DNA of 64,000 nt from positions 1,064,457-1,128,456 of the forward strand of contig RHPI01000797.1 of the NCBI GenBank assembly GCA_009103225.1, written 5' to 3'. Of the stretch, positions 12,281-24,602 are shown piece after piece. Position 1 is the first letter of the stretch; the number at the start of each line of letters is the position of its first letter. This DNA is from Chlorokybus atmophyticus (taxonomy: Eukaryota > Plantae > Mesostigma and Chlorokybus algae). The notes under the pieces were generated by a model that had not been told where the DNA came from, made no database searches, and was given only the letters and a program-made list of their open reading frames with translations. Made by a program: the position numbers and the translations under genes.

Positions 12281-12616
12281 GGACGGCGGCAGCTGCGGCG
12301 GCGGCGGCGGCGGTGGACGCGGACGACGGCGCGACGTGGGGGGGGATTGGAGGTGTCTGGCTCCACCACCATTAGAGTTGCCAGTTGCTTTCTTGCGAAG
12401 GCCCAGAGACAATTGACACGATCAGCGTCCACCTAGGCCGTAACGGGCCAGGGCAACATGCCGGGCGGCCTGGCATGAATGCATGACGAGTTGATACGGG
12501 CGTGCTGCCATCCCCAATTTGGTCGTTAGTTAGGTTGGTGTCATCTTGTCTGGTAGTGGTGAGCTTCCGGCTATGTTATCGTCGCAGCTATAGCTGCTTG
12601 AGTCTGATCTTGCACC

Positions 12617-15600
12617 ATGGTTATCGCTGTGGCTCTGGCGCCGTCTTTGGCGTCATGGAGCCGCCCATGTGATGACGGCCAGGAGGCGTTGAGTGCGGGA
12701 TTGGTAGGGCAGGAGAGGTCGGCCAGCAAGTTGCGCCGCTGGAGGTTGCGGCAGCTCACGCTGAATAGAAGGCTACGCAGCTGCGGTCACAGTTCAAGTA
12801 ACAGGCCAGAAGTAAACATAACGGAAGCGTCGTTCAATGGGCCTCCCCGTGGTAAAAGGGAGGGCAGCCCTGACGAGCGCAGGCCTTTCTTGGAAGCGTT
12901 GGTGGAGCGGGCCCGAGCTGCCGATGCGCAAGGTTGGCTGCCTTACTGCCCGCTGTTTTTGTGACTTTGCCGGTACCACGCTTGACAGTACAGATTCACT
13001 CCTATTGTTATTAGCATTGTCTTTAAAGCTGCTACTGTCTCTCATGCTTACTACAACTGCCATATTAATAGTCGTCGCAGTTACTATCCAAACTGGCATG
13101 CACACGTTTACAGGGTTGACCCGTTGCGCATTCATATCTTGTTCGTCAAGCTTCTCCGTAAAGTCTAGTATTTATATAATATTGCCACGGAGGGACGGGA
13201 ACAGATATGCATGAAGGTGATACACCGTGCAAGCTACTACTACTTACTGCACGTCTTGCAGGTGCGGAGCTTGTGTTGGCTGATATGGGCAAGGCTGGCC
13301 TGAGGGCTGGACCTCGAGCGTATCATGGGCTTGTAGTTGCTTATGTTCGTGCTGGCGATCCTGATGGCGCGGTGAGTGTGCGTTGCAATTTGAGTCCTTG
13401 TTTTGAATTAGATGGGTAACATGCAGTTCATATGAATGCGTATTATGCGTATAAGGACAGTCTTATGTCACCTTTTATAGCCGGTCACCACCATGTATGG
13501 ACTGGAAGTCTTTTTGGCCCTTCAGCACTCAGTGTTTTTGTTTGGTATCATGTGCTTGCACTAGGCTTGCTAGATAGACATACAATGCAGTCACTGTGCG
13601 GGTAGAGTCCAGAGGTGTACTGGTTGTCAAGGTCACTGCTGACATAAATTTTGTGACCCAGTCTGTCCAGGATCAGGAATTGCTGTCCGTGATTGAATGT
13701 CGAATAACCAAACATGGTTGACGTGTTGTGTCAAACACAGTTGGGAGCTATGCGGCGCCAGCATGCTTCTGGGGAGCGCGCCCTGCCAGAGACATATGTA
13801 GAGTTAGTCAAAGCATATGCGCAAGCAGGCGATGCAGAAAGCGCAGAAAAGACGCTTGGTGCCATGGAGCGCGCAGGGTATGAATCATCCCCAGCCTGGC
13901 TTGTGCTGGTTGGTAAGTCAGTCTTGACGGATTTACGAAGCTCATGACTGACGCTTCCATGCTTATGCTGCGGTTGCATGCCAAGGGTGTAGGACGATTC
14001 TGACTGGATGTTTTGTGCTTTAAACAGCGGAGCTATTCAAAGCCAATTGCAGAGCTGATGCGCTTCGCTGCTACGAACGTGGTGTGTCTGTTGGGTATGC
14101 CCCCAACGAAGAAGTCTTCCTCTTGGTCATTGAGGCTTTATGCGATGATGGGGAGTGGGTTGAGGCCACCGCTGTGCTTAATGGCATGGATGCCGTGAGA
14201 TGCCGGCCCACTGCAAGGCACTTCAATCCTGTAATTAAAGCCCAGGTTAATGCGTGGTCGCCTACTTTGGCCTGGCGGACTTTTGAGCGGATGCAGCAGA
14301 CTGAGGGAGGTGTGTGCAGTGTAGTGTCAAACCATTTGTTAAAGCAATTGTGCCACAAGGTCATTAACCCGGTTGTGGTGCAGAACCTGTTCAGCCTGAC
14401 TCTGAGTCCTTCAATTGGCTCATACGTGGTTTTGCAAGGGCTGGGAATGATACTAGGTGCAATGCATGCACAAGCTCCCTTTACCTCACTGCAAGCTGCA
14501 ATGGTGCTGAAGCTGACTGTGTTTGCAGCCTTGATGAAATGTTGAATATCTTGGGAATGATGGAAGATCGGTACCACATGAAGCCCAATTCCACAACCTA
14601 CGCGTGCGTTTGTATTTGACTGGCACTGTTCTGGCGTTGAGTGGTGTCGGCAATGTGAATGATCCATGTCGTCCCTCTCGCACTTATTGCAATTCATGTG
14701 TGCAGGTATTGCATTGAAGGCTGGTTGAATAACTCAGATGTTATCAATGCACATCGTAGTTTTAGAAAGATGCGCGCGAGATATCAAGATGAACAGCGCG
14801 CTTTGTCAGCAAAGCTGGCCTTTGACACACCTGCACATTCATATATTGACGTGGTTCCTGAGAGTCTGCACGGCTTGGACTTGGCAAAGCAAAATGAATG
14901 GTGGCATCGCAAACTGGAACACCCGCTTGAAGAGAATGGAGCTTCTGCTCCATCAGACTTGTATTCTTTTCCAGAAACAACAAGTCAGTCGTGGCGCGCA
15001 CTCAATCGACTTCAGGTTGGTATTTGTCAACGTTTGAGCATTATGAGAGCTGCTCCAGTTGCATGACTGACAACATTGCACTTTGTGATGCACACAGTCC
15101 TTGTCTCCAGAGCAGAGTGCTTTGTTGTCTGATAATTCGCCAAGCATGCGAGGCAGTCAAGGTCCAGGTCTTGGGGTTAGGAATGAGGATCAAGCATCCC
15201 AGGAGACGAAGGGTGCTTGCTGGCTCCTTTGCCAAGAAGGAGACCCAAACAATAGTCCTCTAGCGTACCTGATTGAAGCATTGATGCGTGCAGGTGGGAT
15301 CACCTTGCATGCACGGGACCTGCGCTAACATTCTCTTGACATGCGGCCTTGTGTTCTGACAACTGACTGTAGGGTTGGCTCCTGAGTTGCTGGAGGTGCT
15401 ACAAGCCATGGAGGAGGATGGTGTTCCGCTGATGGAGTATGCTGCTAAATGGAACAAGCTTGGGCGAACACTGGTCACCAGCTGGGTGCACGCTCCAGAT
15501 TTGGGGGAAGGATCGCTAGGTGCCCGTCGCAGGGCAGGGCGCTGGGGAGCACGCTGCGCTGTAGAAATGGCAAGTGGTGGAGCTTCATCTGCACCACCTG

Positions 15601-18239
15601 GGTCTGTAGTTAGGCCAGTTGTACAGGAACGCCATGCAGTTGATGAGGAGTCGCTGGTAGAGGAAGTTGAGGGCCAAGAAGGCTGGCAGCCTCTCCCCGT
15701 CGATGAGAGCGACTTTGACTCGCTAGTTGATGATGACTTGGTCGTGGAAGATCCACAGTGGCGTCTAGACCGCAGCCGCGTTGTTTTAGATGACCCAGAT
15801 GAACGCCGGAGAGTCCCCACCCGCAAGGCTGACAAGGTGAGTGCAGTTGCGTTGCGGCAGGTAGTTCTGAGACTGCAGGACTGGTATCTGACGTGTCACT
15901 GATTCTCCTGCAGAAGAAACCAGAGCCTGAACTTCAGGATTGGCGGGCGCTTGGTCAGACACGGGCAGATGGCTTTGGCCTGTTTCACCCAGAGAAGGGT
16001 GGCATTTTCCTAGGGTTTGGCTCCCAACGCATATGGCGCAAGGCAGGGCCGCGGTTTGCACGCAGGTACCATGTCTGCTTGATTACATCCCCCCTCCCTC
16101 CCTCCCCCCCACGCGCGGGTCATTTATTTTATGCAAGATTTTCAATGAATCACACATATGAGACAACAAAGCATTAGTACCCGCATCTGCTCCTACGCCT
16201 CCTGCGTGCCCAAGCCTCTAGGCTGCTCAAGGCGTATGCACTCTCATGCGTTTGTGGTTACTCTTGTCACAATACATAGAATGGTTTGTGATGGATATGC
16301 TGCGCTGTCCATTGGGATGTTGAGATTTCTTACAATCTTCTCGATACCAGCATCTCCTCCAATCATATTCCCCCCTTTCGGCGCCCGCCGCGGTTGCGCA
16401 TGTGCCTTCACGCATGCACGCGCACATGCACTGAATCAAACAAAGGGGCTGAGTGCTGGTTATCAAAGGGGTCTGTGACGTCTGTATGGGCATTGCGTTT
16501 GCGCGCGCTTTGTGCATCATGGTGACATGCATTTATTCGTGTCTAGAATGGCATACGAAACCCGACGGCGTGAGGCAGTTCTTGCGGAGGCAGAGGAAGG
16601 CCTCAGGCACTTGCTGCAGCAGCGAGAAGAGGCACAGCTTGCGTCACAGTCACCTGCACTGATTGCTAGCACCTTTTTGGAGGCAGAGGTACTGGCATGC
16701 TGTTGTAACCAGCTATCAGATACACAGAATGGGTGTACACCCTTGACATGGCTTTGCAATGATCTGCATCTTTATTAACGATGTTTTGCAGGTTGCTGAC
16801 TCAGATGTTGAAGATGAAGAGGATGAGGACATTGAGGCTGGTGAGGATGGTGCTGGCGAAGATGCTGCTGGCGAAGATGACGCTGAGGTTGAGCCAGAAG
16901 CAGCTGATGACCCAACCGTAGCCAGCAGCGACGTCCAGGACATTGATCCGGTCAGTATAGTTACGCGGGCATTGGCAATGATTATGCACAACATGCTGGT
17001 GAAATTGGATTATACTGGTGTGTGGGAGTGGTTTTAACTTACAAGACGCCCTCATGTTTATCACACACTCCTGCATTACAGGCTTTAAGGTTGAGGGTAA
17101 AGTCCATCAGCAAGTTGAAGGTAGACGAACTTCGGGCTGAACTGCGAGCACTTGGACTTCCCGACAACGGCAATCGACCGGCTTTGTACAAGCGACTACA
17201 GGTCCTGAATGATTACGCTGTTACCAACCACTGAAGCTAGCAGCTGACATGAGGAGTTTTGCAGGATGCACGGCGAGACGCAAGGGACAGAGGCATTGAT
17301 CTCATTGGGATCACACTTGAGGATGGACGAAGTCTTGCCAAAGTCACTACTCATTATGTTTATTACAAGTGGGTTCATGGTAAAAAGGTGCCATACACAC
17401 CTTCGGAAGAGGAGATCCAGAAGAAAAAGGAAGCAGAGAAGGAGCGCCTCGAGGCTGAACGGCTCGAGGCTCAACAGGTACTAACTGATTCTGCCCATGT
17501 GGTTCACATGCATGGCGGGATGTCGCCAGCAACAGCTTATAATTACCGCTCGCAGATTCGCCAAGCTGAGTTTCTGAGTAATGTAGATGACCGTGAGGTG
17601 GCAGACATGGAGGCTGAGGTGAGTAGTATTGTCACGTCATCGTCGTTGTCGTCCTACTTTACTACATGTGTAGGACAATATTTTGGACGTGTCTATCAGT
17701 TATGCGTCAGTTGTCTCTGCAATCGTGCGTGCCTTTATCACCATCCTCTATAGGTTGCCAAGCTACGCCTCTGGGTTGAGGAAGGCAAAGGATATAGCTC
17801 CATGCATATGCGAGCTAGTGCTGAAGCGGAGTTGTCGCTCTCTCTTCAAGTACTAGATGCAGTCGAGCGGCTTGGCCAGCTGGCATCGCCAGTGGACCAC
17901 GTTGTGCTCTTGCAAGCTGCCATCTATGCACGAAGCGCTGATGGCATCCTAGGTGCTCTGCAGCGCATGCGGGCTGTCAAGCAGCGAACCGATGGTGATC
18001 TGTACATCCAAGCAGTGGAAGTGTGCCTAGCCGAAAACACCGCAGATGCGGCACTGGTTGTTCTGGCTGACATGGAAAATGCTGGCGTTGTGCCCCCAGA
18101 AGCACTGGAGGCACGGGTGGTACAGTTTCAACCCAGGGCCAAATTGAGGTCAGGGGCCAGGAGAAGTGACTCCCCAACACTGGTCCAAGTAGATGACGAA
18201 CAGCCATCCAACAGGTCATCACCAGTGACTTCGTACTAA
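12617..18239 (+). CDS. PTAC3: Plastid transcriptionally active chromosome protein 3 (PPR-like repeats plus SAP domain), multi-exon
   Basis: PFLEALVERARAAD, GAELVLADMGKAGLRAGPRAYHGLVVAY, RALPETYVELV, PDSESFNWLIRGF, MKPNSTTY, NSPLAYLIEAL, RTLVTSW and a SAP motif KLKVDELRAELRALGLPDNGNRPALYKRLQ, in the order known from land-plant pTAC3. N-terminal transit-peptide-like sequence. Confidence 0.88.
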
Positions 18240-18932
18240 CTTTGCGTATTCTGAAGTGCACACTCTGCGGCTTACCAGCTGCATTGGAATGTATAAAGCA
18301 CGCAACATTCTTGTGAGCTATGCACTGCAATTGATTTGGCTCCACCTGCCCACACCATTGTTAGTATGTATCTTGGCATGAATTGCCTGGCAGGTGCTCG
18401 TATACAGGTGCATCAGCCATTTGCAAAGTTTAGTGTGGTTGCAATGAGATGCTTGAGTTTGCTGCATAGGTCGTCTTTTCCTGTCATGTTTGGATTGGAG
18501 CCCTCCATTACTCGACATTGCAGTGCCTGAACACTGCAGTAGTACGTCTGAACAATGCTCCTGTCAACACATATGCAGACAAACATGGTGTGTGGTGTGA
18601 CCTTACACTTGCGTGCCCTTGTCTTCTTTGTTGCGCCTAACTCACCATTATTGCAGGCAGATTGAGCATGGTTATGAGCATGGTGTGTCCAAGTGCATGT
18701 TATGTGAACCCATGCATGTGTCTGCGCTGCGTAATTCACATTGCTACTCTCTTCCTTGCTTTCCTGTTCTCAACTGTGCAAGAGACCTGGTGCACTTAGC
18801 TCTCGTGTACGGCGCCCGCTTTGCTTGTTTCAATAAGCTTGTTTCTATTATAGTGGTTGTCACTTGTATCGGGCATGTACCAATCAGCACGATGTGCATA
18901 AGGCAATCGCGAGTAGTGACTTGCCGTTGAGC

Positions 18933-19273
18933 AGGCTGTCGGGCTACTTGGCTCTGTACCGGCAGCGCGTGTCATGCGCGTTGCAGCGTGCCCAGGGCAT
19001 CACCATCCTAGAACGGGGAGCGGCAGTCGTAGCGGCGGTACCAGGCTGGGGCCCGGTCCAGATGGCGGCACCAACGGCGGAAGCGGACGCTGTGCTGGCG
19101 GCGGCGGCAGTGTAGTTGTGTAGGCGTGCTGGCATGCTGCTGGCATGCGTGTGGGTGTGCTTGTGCAGTGATAGGCAGAGATTACAGTGCGTAGCTTGGT
19201 GTGACGATGTAATAGGCATGGATGACAGTACGTAGCTATGTGTGACGATGTTACTGTACTAGTAATGAGAGAG
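18933..19273 (+). mobile_element. 5'-truncated non-LTR retrotransposon remnant (CRE-like C-terminus plus 3' UTR)
   Basis: CpG-rich intronless fragment encoding YLALYRQRVSCALQRAQGITIL..* (stop 19113-19115), similar to the recalled QR(L/I)SxA(L/I)QRGNA motif at the C-terminus of CRE-type elements. The tail recurs twice more in the window. Confidence 0.55.
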
Positions 19274-20418
19274 TGACTGCTATACCACGTAAACAAGCCG
19301 AGGCTTACTGCTTATTGCATGGAATTGCTGCAGCTGGCGCATGGGCGATGCTCCGACAAGGAGCAGTGGTGGCAGCCATGCGCAGGTGGGCGCCACCTGC
19401 ACGCAGCGCCACTTACGACGGTGGAAGATGTGCGAGCAAGCGCGCTGTTAGCGTATCACAGCCGTACTCGTGCTGCATGTAGTGTGGTGTTAAGGTGTGC
19501 GGCATGAGCACATGGAGCATGTAGTGCACATAGTTGTAAAGCCCCTGTAATAACTGAAGTGTTGGTCTTGCCTGTCTTTGTGCCTAGTTTGCTTGCTGCT
19601 TGTGATGCTGCTTGTTGTGCATTTGGACTGCTTCTTTGCCCTATGATTTGTGCCTAATGCATGGTCATATGTGGTTAGGCATGTACAGCTGTAGAGTGGC
19701 AACGTGTACAAAGGATGCACTGTGGTGATCGTGACAAGCATGACACATGCATGAACACCGCATCATATAGCACACAAAGAGCAACACCTACAACCACCAT
19801 GCTATGTACAAGTCATCTAGCTACCTACGTTGACTACAACCCCTGACCCCGTCAGGCATCCATGCACGTTGAGGTACCTGTTCGCAGTGCGGGTAGTGTG
19901 TGCGTAAAGCAAACAAGCAAATTATACGGCATCAAGCAACGACAGAGTTGGGGCGCGAGGGGGGGAGGGGGGGGGCCGGGCAGAGGCGGGGGCNTACAAG
20001 CTATCTGCACAACCACAACCACAATCACGACCAACAGAGGGAACGGCATCACATAATCAGGCAGGTGGATATCACGGACTTCAGAACACAAGGTAACCGC
20101 CTGCGCAGCACAGGCGTGTGTTGAGTGTCAGGCCTTGTAGCAGCTCCAACAGTCGAACACTCGCATTGGTTTTGTAACAAAGCGAAAGAGTTTTGGCTAG
20201 CAGATCAGTGCGCGAGCTCGGCGTGGAGAGCAACCATAAGTCTTTCATTGAGAACCATACTCAGGTAACACAAAACAAAGCTGGTCACCTAGTCACCTAG
20301 TTTGCGAGTTAGCAACTTGCTTTTCTACATTTTGGTGATTCCTGTCATTTGCTGCAAAATGCACTGTTTCCAATCCTTGTCCAAAGGGCTGGTTGACATT
20401 GACAATCTTGCACATGCT

Positions 20419-20560
20419 GCGGACGCTGTGCTGGCAGCTGCGGCAGTGTAGTTGTGTAGGCGTGCTTGCATGCCGCTGACATGCGTGTGAGTATGCTTGT
20501 GCAATGATAGGCAGGGATGACAGTGCATAGCTTGGTGTGACGATTTTGCTGTTAGTGGAT
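20419..20560 (+). repeat. Second, shorter copy of the retroelement 3' end
   Basis: gcggacgctgtgctggcagctgcggcagtgtagttgtgtaggcgtgct..cttggtgtgacga aligns with 19083-19208. Confidence 0.85.
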
Positions 20561-21200
20561 CATGACATGCTACATGTCCTACTATACTACCGCTTGTACA
20601 TGAGTGCCACACATGTGATACGCACATCAGCGACAACAAGTGTTATCACCAATACAGGTGACATTGGTACCAGCATAATTTTCAATTTTGTTTGTTTGTA
20701 CCGCGTACCACATGATTGGTGTTGTAGAATGCAGTGATTGTTGTGACAGAGTGCGCTACAATGACCCTGGTTTCGGCTGGGGTACAATGCAATTGTTTGG
20801 TGGCTGATCCTCGGTGTGCTGCTTGGTGAGCTATGCTGCATGCTCGAGTGTGTTGCATCTCATGTCACCGATCAGCCAATGCAGTTGCTGCTTGAACTCG
20901 TTCGACCGTAAAATCATCGTGAATCCGCCACAACCTGTATTGTACAATGCTGGTTACAAAAGAAAGGAATCAGATGAATATACAATGTCAATGACAGAAA
21001 CTAAAGTGTAGACGAGCAAGCAGAAACGATGGAGCTCGACAGCCTACAGCAACTGCCCTGTACAACTCGGCAGTGTCTAGCTAAAAGCTGGCAGCCTATG
21101 AATACACAAAGCTAAGCTAATGGACAATGGCTAGTTGAAGCCACCTTGACAATTGTCCGCAAAGGAAAGCCTATGGCATGCAGGTTGCAGCGCTGCACAA

Positions 21201-23683
21201 TCACTCCTCAGCAACTGCACCAAAGCGGCGCGAGACGCGTTCTGCCCTGGTCTTCACACTGATTGCCACAGTTGCTGATCCATCACTCTGCAAGACCACA
21301 ACCGGATGTCAAAGACGCAAGCTCAAGCACAGGTTGCTGCAAACAACAGTGACTGCACCTTGGCGCATGTGCCAGCCTCAGCGTCGCAGACAGGATACTC
21401 AGATGGGCAGCAGTGCTTGTGGTCAGCGCAGCAGGTAGCCTGAAAGGTGCAGTATGTCAGATCATGCATAACACTGCTACACAGTCAAGTGCCCAACACG
21501 TTTGTAGCAGCCTACAAACAAGACATACCGATGGCATTGGGCAGCAGCCCCATGAGAAGCAATAAGACTTCACTGGCAGAAGGCAGCAGCAGCTAGTGTT
21601 CTGCAAACACAACAGAACCAGGTGTAAGCGACCATACCGGCGCAGGTAAAGCGTGCGCGCAACAGCACATGCCCTGTCCATGCGTTCCAGACCAACCACA
21701 TAAGCTACACGACTAGGAACAAGTTGGAGGCAAACTGCTTGTCGTACCTCAGGGCAGAGATGAGTGCGATCACACTCCACAGGGCCCGGAGGTGGGGTAG
21801 GCTTGGGCTTGGGTGGGGCAGGGCCAGGGCCAGCCTTCTGTGTAGGGTAGGATGGCTTCATGGCTATGCCACATTGCCCGAAACCGCCATTGAGACCCAT
21901 GGCCAGCTTAATGTAACCCTGCAAGGCGTGATGGTTCACAACAGCATTGCTATGTGATTACTTGAATGTTGCGAAAGAATAGACAGTTGACTGCTAATAC
22001 TCACATGATCGCCCCAAAGTGGACCCCACGAGTTCTTGACCAGCCAATAGCCAGTGCCATTCTCAACACCGTAGCCAACCGCAAGGACACCATGGTCCAG
22101 ACCGGTTCCGCAAGGGGCATCAAGGATGCCTTCCTTGTAGAATTGAAATTCACGCTCATCAGCCTCAATAGCCACGCTGACTGGCTGCATGGTCACAGCT
22201 TTCTTCAACGAACTTTCATCATTCTGCGAGGAGAGCCACCCATAAGATCCGATGCCCACGAACACATGGAGCAAGCCTATATACTGCAGGTGAACACTTA
22301 TGCAACGTATTTGGGAACAACGTACCGACGGAACATCTTCATAACCATCGATGGACACAACGTTGGCCGATTCCTGCAATATATACCAGCATACAATAAG
22401 GAAAGGCACCGCCATACAGCAGTTCAACAGGTTCATACGTGATAGGATGGCTGAGTTATGCCAAGTTCAGCTGCGTACCAACAAACGGCGGTACGACTCG
22501 GAAAATTGTGAGACAGTTACTCATTGTCAGCTCACCTTCTTCACATTGCACTTCTCATCTTCTGCCTTGTAGGGGTAGTCTTCTTCCGTGTCGAGACCAC
22601 CATTCTGGATGATGAACTCATAGGCATAATCCATGAGACCACCTCGGCAACCCATGTCAAAGCTGCGGTCACAGTCCACCAGCTCTTGCTCTGATAGCGA
22701 GACAAGGTCTCCAGTGTTGATAGCATTGATGCCCTCCACAGAACCGGTAGTAGAGAACGCCCAGCAGCTTCCTGCACCAACACAACCCATTCCTTTCAGC
22801 ACATTGGGCACGACTAATGCCTCAAATTGGTCTGATGTGATTGACTTCTACAGGAGCACAGTCAGGGTATTACCGCACTGCAGCTGATTCTTCACAGCGG
22901 TCACTGCGCCCTTTTGGCGCCAATCCACCGAATCGGCTGCCTCAACATTGGCATGCCTGAAGCCAGGTCGCGACTGCCAAAACAGACCTGTCTTAGTACT
23001 GACAGTCACGGTGGCCAGCAGACGCAGACAACAGATGCCAATTTATTGGAACAAGTACAGAAACAGGTGAAGTATGTAGCAATGCACCGAAATTGGCACG
23101 CTGCAAGCAGCTGTTGCAGTCTATGACAGTGACTGCAACTTGCATGTGTCAACGGCATCAAAACTGCACACCAGGACAATGGAGGAACCACATAAAGGTA
23201 ACGGCAAATTGTGTGCGCTGATTGCCATGTCTCAAGAAGACATTAAGAACACCCTTCTCATACAGCATGCCCAGTGTAGGAAGAAGCGCTATGCCTAACG
23301 TGCAACGGACGCTCAGAATAGAGTCCGTGCAAGCATACCTCACGGAACGGCATGGGCTTATCACCACGGTAGCCGAGGTACTGGTCCATGAACTCGTCAT
23401 GGGTCAGGTCAGCGAAGGGGTTGAGCCCTAGGGTGAACTTGTACTTGCGGGCGGTGTTGTGGCGGTTGATGAAAAGCAAATTGTCCAGGAAGACGTTGAA
23501 GCGGTGTTCCTCTTCCTCAAAGGCGTGGTAGACTTTGCCGTGCTCAATCACCCATCTGGAAAACCACGCACGCAGCAACAGCTCGTTCTCCGTGGCTTCA
23601 ACAAGCGTGCTGGCTGCTGCTGTCGTGGCGAGCAGAGCGACCAGGGCCAGAAAGGCCGCCGTGGAGCGGAATTGCGCAGTCAT
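21201..23683 (-). CDS. RD21: Papain-family cysteine protease with signal peptide, I29 prodomain, Pro-rich linker and granulin domain
   Basis: Signal peptide, ERFNIN-type prodomain ([18 protein letters not shown]), [40 protein letters not shown] linker and the granulin SWGCCPMPS|[18 protein letters not shown]. Confidence 0.95.
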
Positions 23684-24530
23684 GGTAGCAGCGTGTAGCC
23701 TGCAGCCTCAGCTGCTGCAATTCACGGCCCCAACCCCTCAACACCCACCGCTGTCGCCACCGCCACCGCCGCCTCTCCCACCTCAGCTATATGTGCGTAG
23801 CGCCGCATCAGCCGTCCACTGTATAGTGGCACTGTTAACCAAGAACTGCCAACAAGCACCTGCAAGAACCGTTGCGCGGCCAACATTAACCAAGAACAAC
23901 AGATATCGAGGCATTCGAGGCATTATAAGCTGCAAAAGTTTTGAGTAGACTCTGATATCCGTTTCTCGGGTACATCCAAAATGGGCAAAACTTTGCTGAC
24001 ACGTCGTGAAGTTCGAACTTATCTGAACAGATACTAGCTTAAGTTAGGTTTTAGTGCACGACATAACCGAGCTAGTCCAAAGATTCTAGTTGGCAACTGA
24101 CGTCAGCCGCACTTGTTGGGTTATAAACTGTGATCAAGGGGCTGTATACGGCGCTTTTGTCTGACTGTCCACAAGGTCAAGTTGAAGTTGAGAAGCTCAA
24201 TTGCAGTGCATTGAGATTCAGTTCTTTGGCCGTGGGCGTGTTGCCGCCGCCGTCAAACACAGTGAAAAGCGCAACGCGGCTCCGTTACGCTGCAAAGGGC
24301 GTCCGTTAGCCAACCATGAAGCGAGGCCATGCGCGTTAACTGAACTGAGCCTCAACTCACGGTGCAAAGTGAAGTGCCAAGCTCGCATTGTGAAATGTGC
24401 ACTCTGCATGGCTTACGGGGACTGGCAGGCCGTAGCCCTAGGCCGTACTCCGTAGCACATGTACTAATAGCAACCTATGCCAACAAATTGATAAGTAGTC
24501 TAATGTAGCTGTAAACTATAATATGTCTGC

Positions 24531-24562
24531 GCGCGAGAGCGAGCGAGAGCGAGAGCGAGAGC

Positions 24563-24596
<34 letters not shown>
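24531..24596. repeat. (GAGAGC)n/(GA)n microsatellite
   Basis: Directly visible. Confidence 0.95.

Positions 24597-24602
<6 letters not shown>

Noticed and set aside
24009-24020. GTTCGAA resembling a tRNA T-loop
   Set aside because: Part of the palindrome AAGTTCGAACTT; no cloverleaf or A-box. No tRNA or rRNA gene was recognised in the window.
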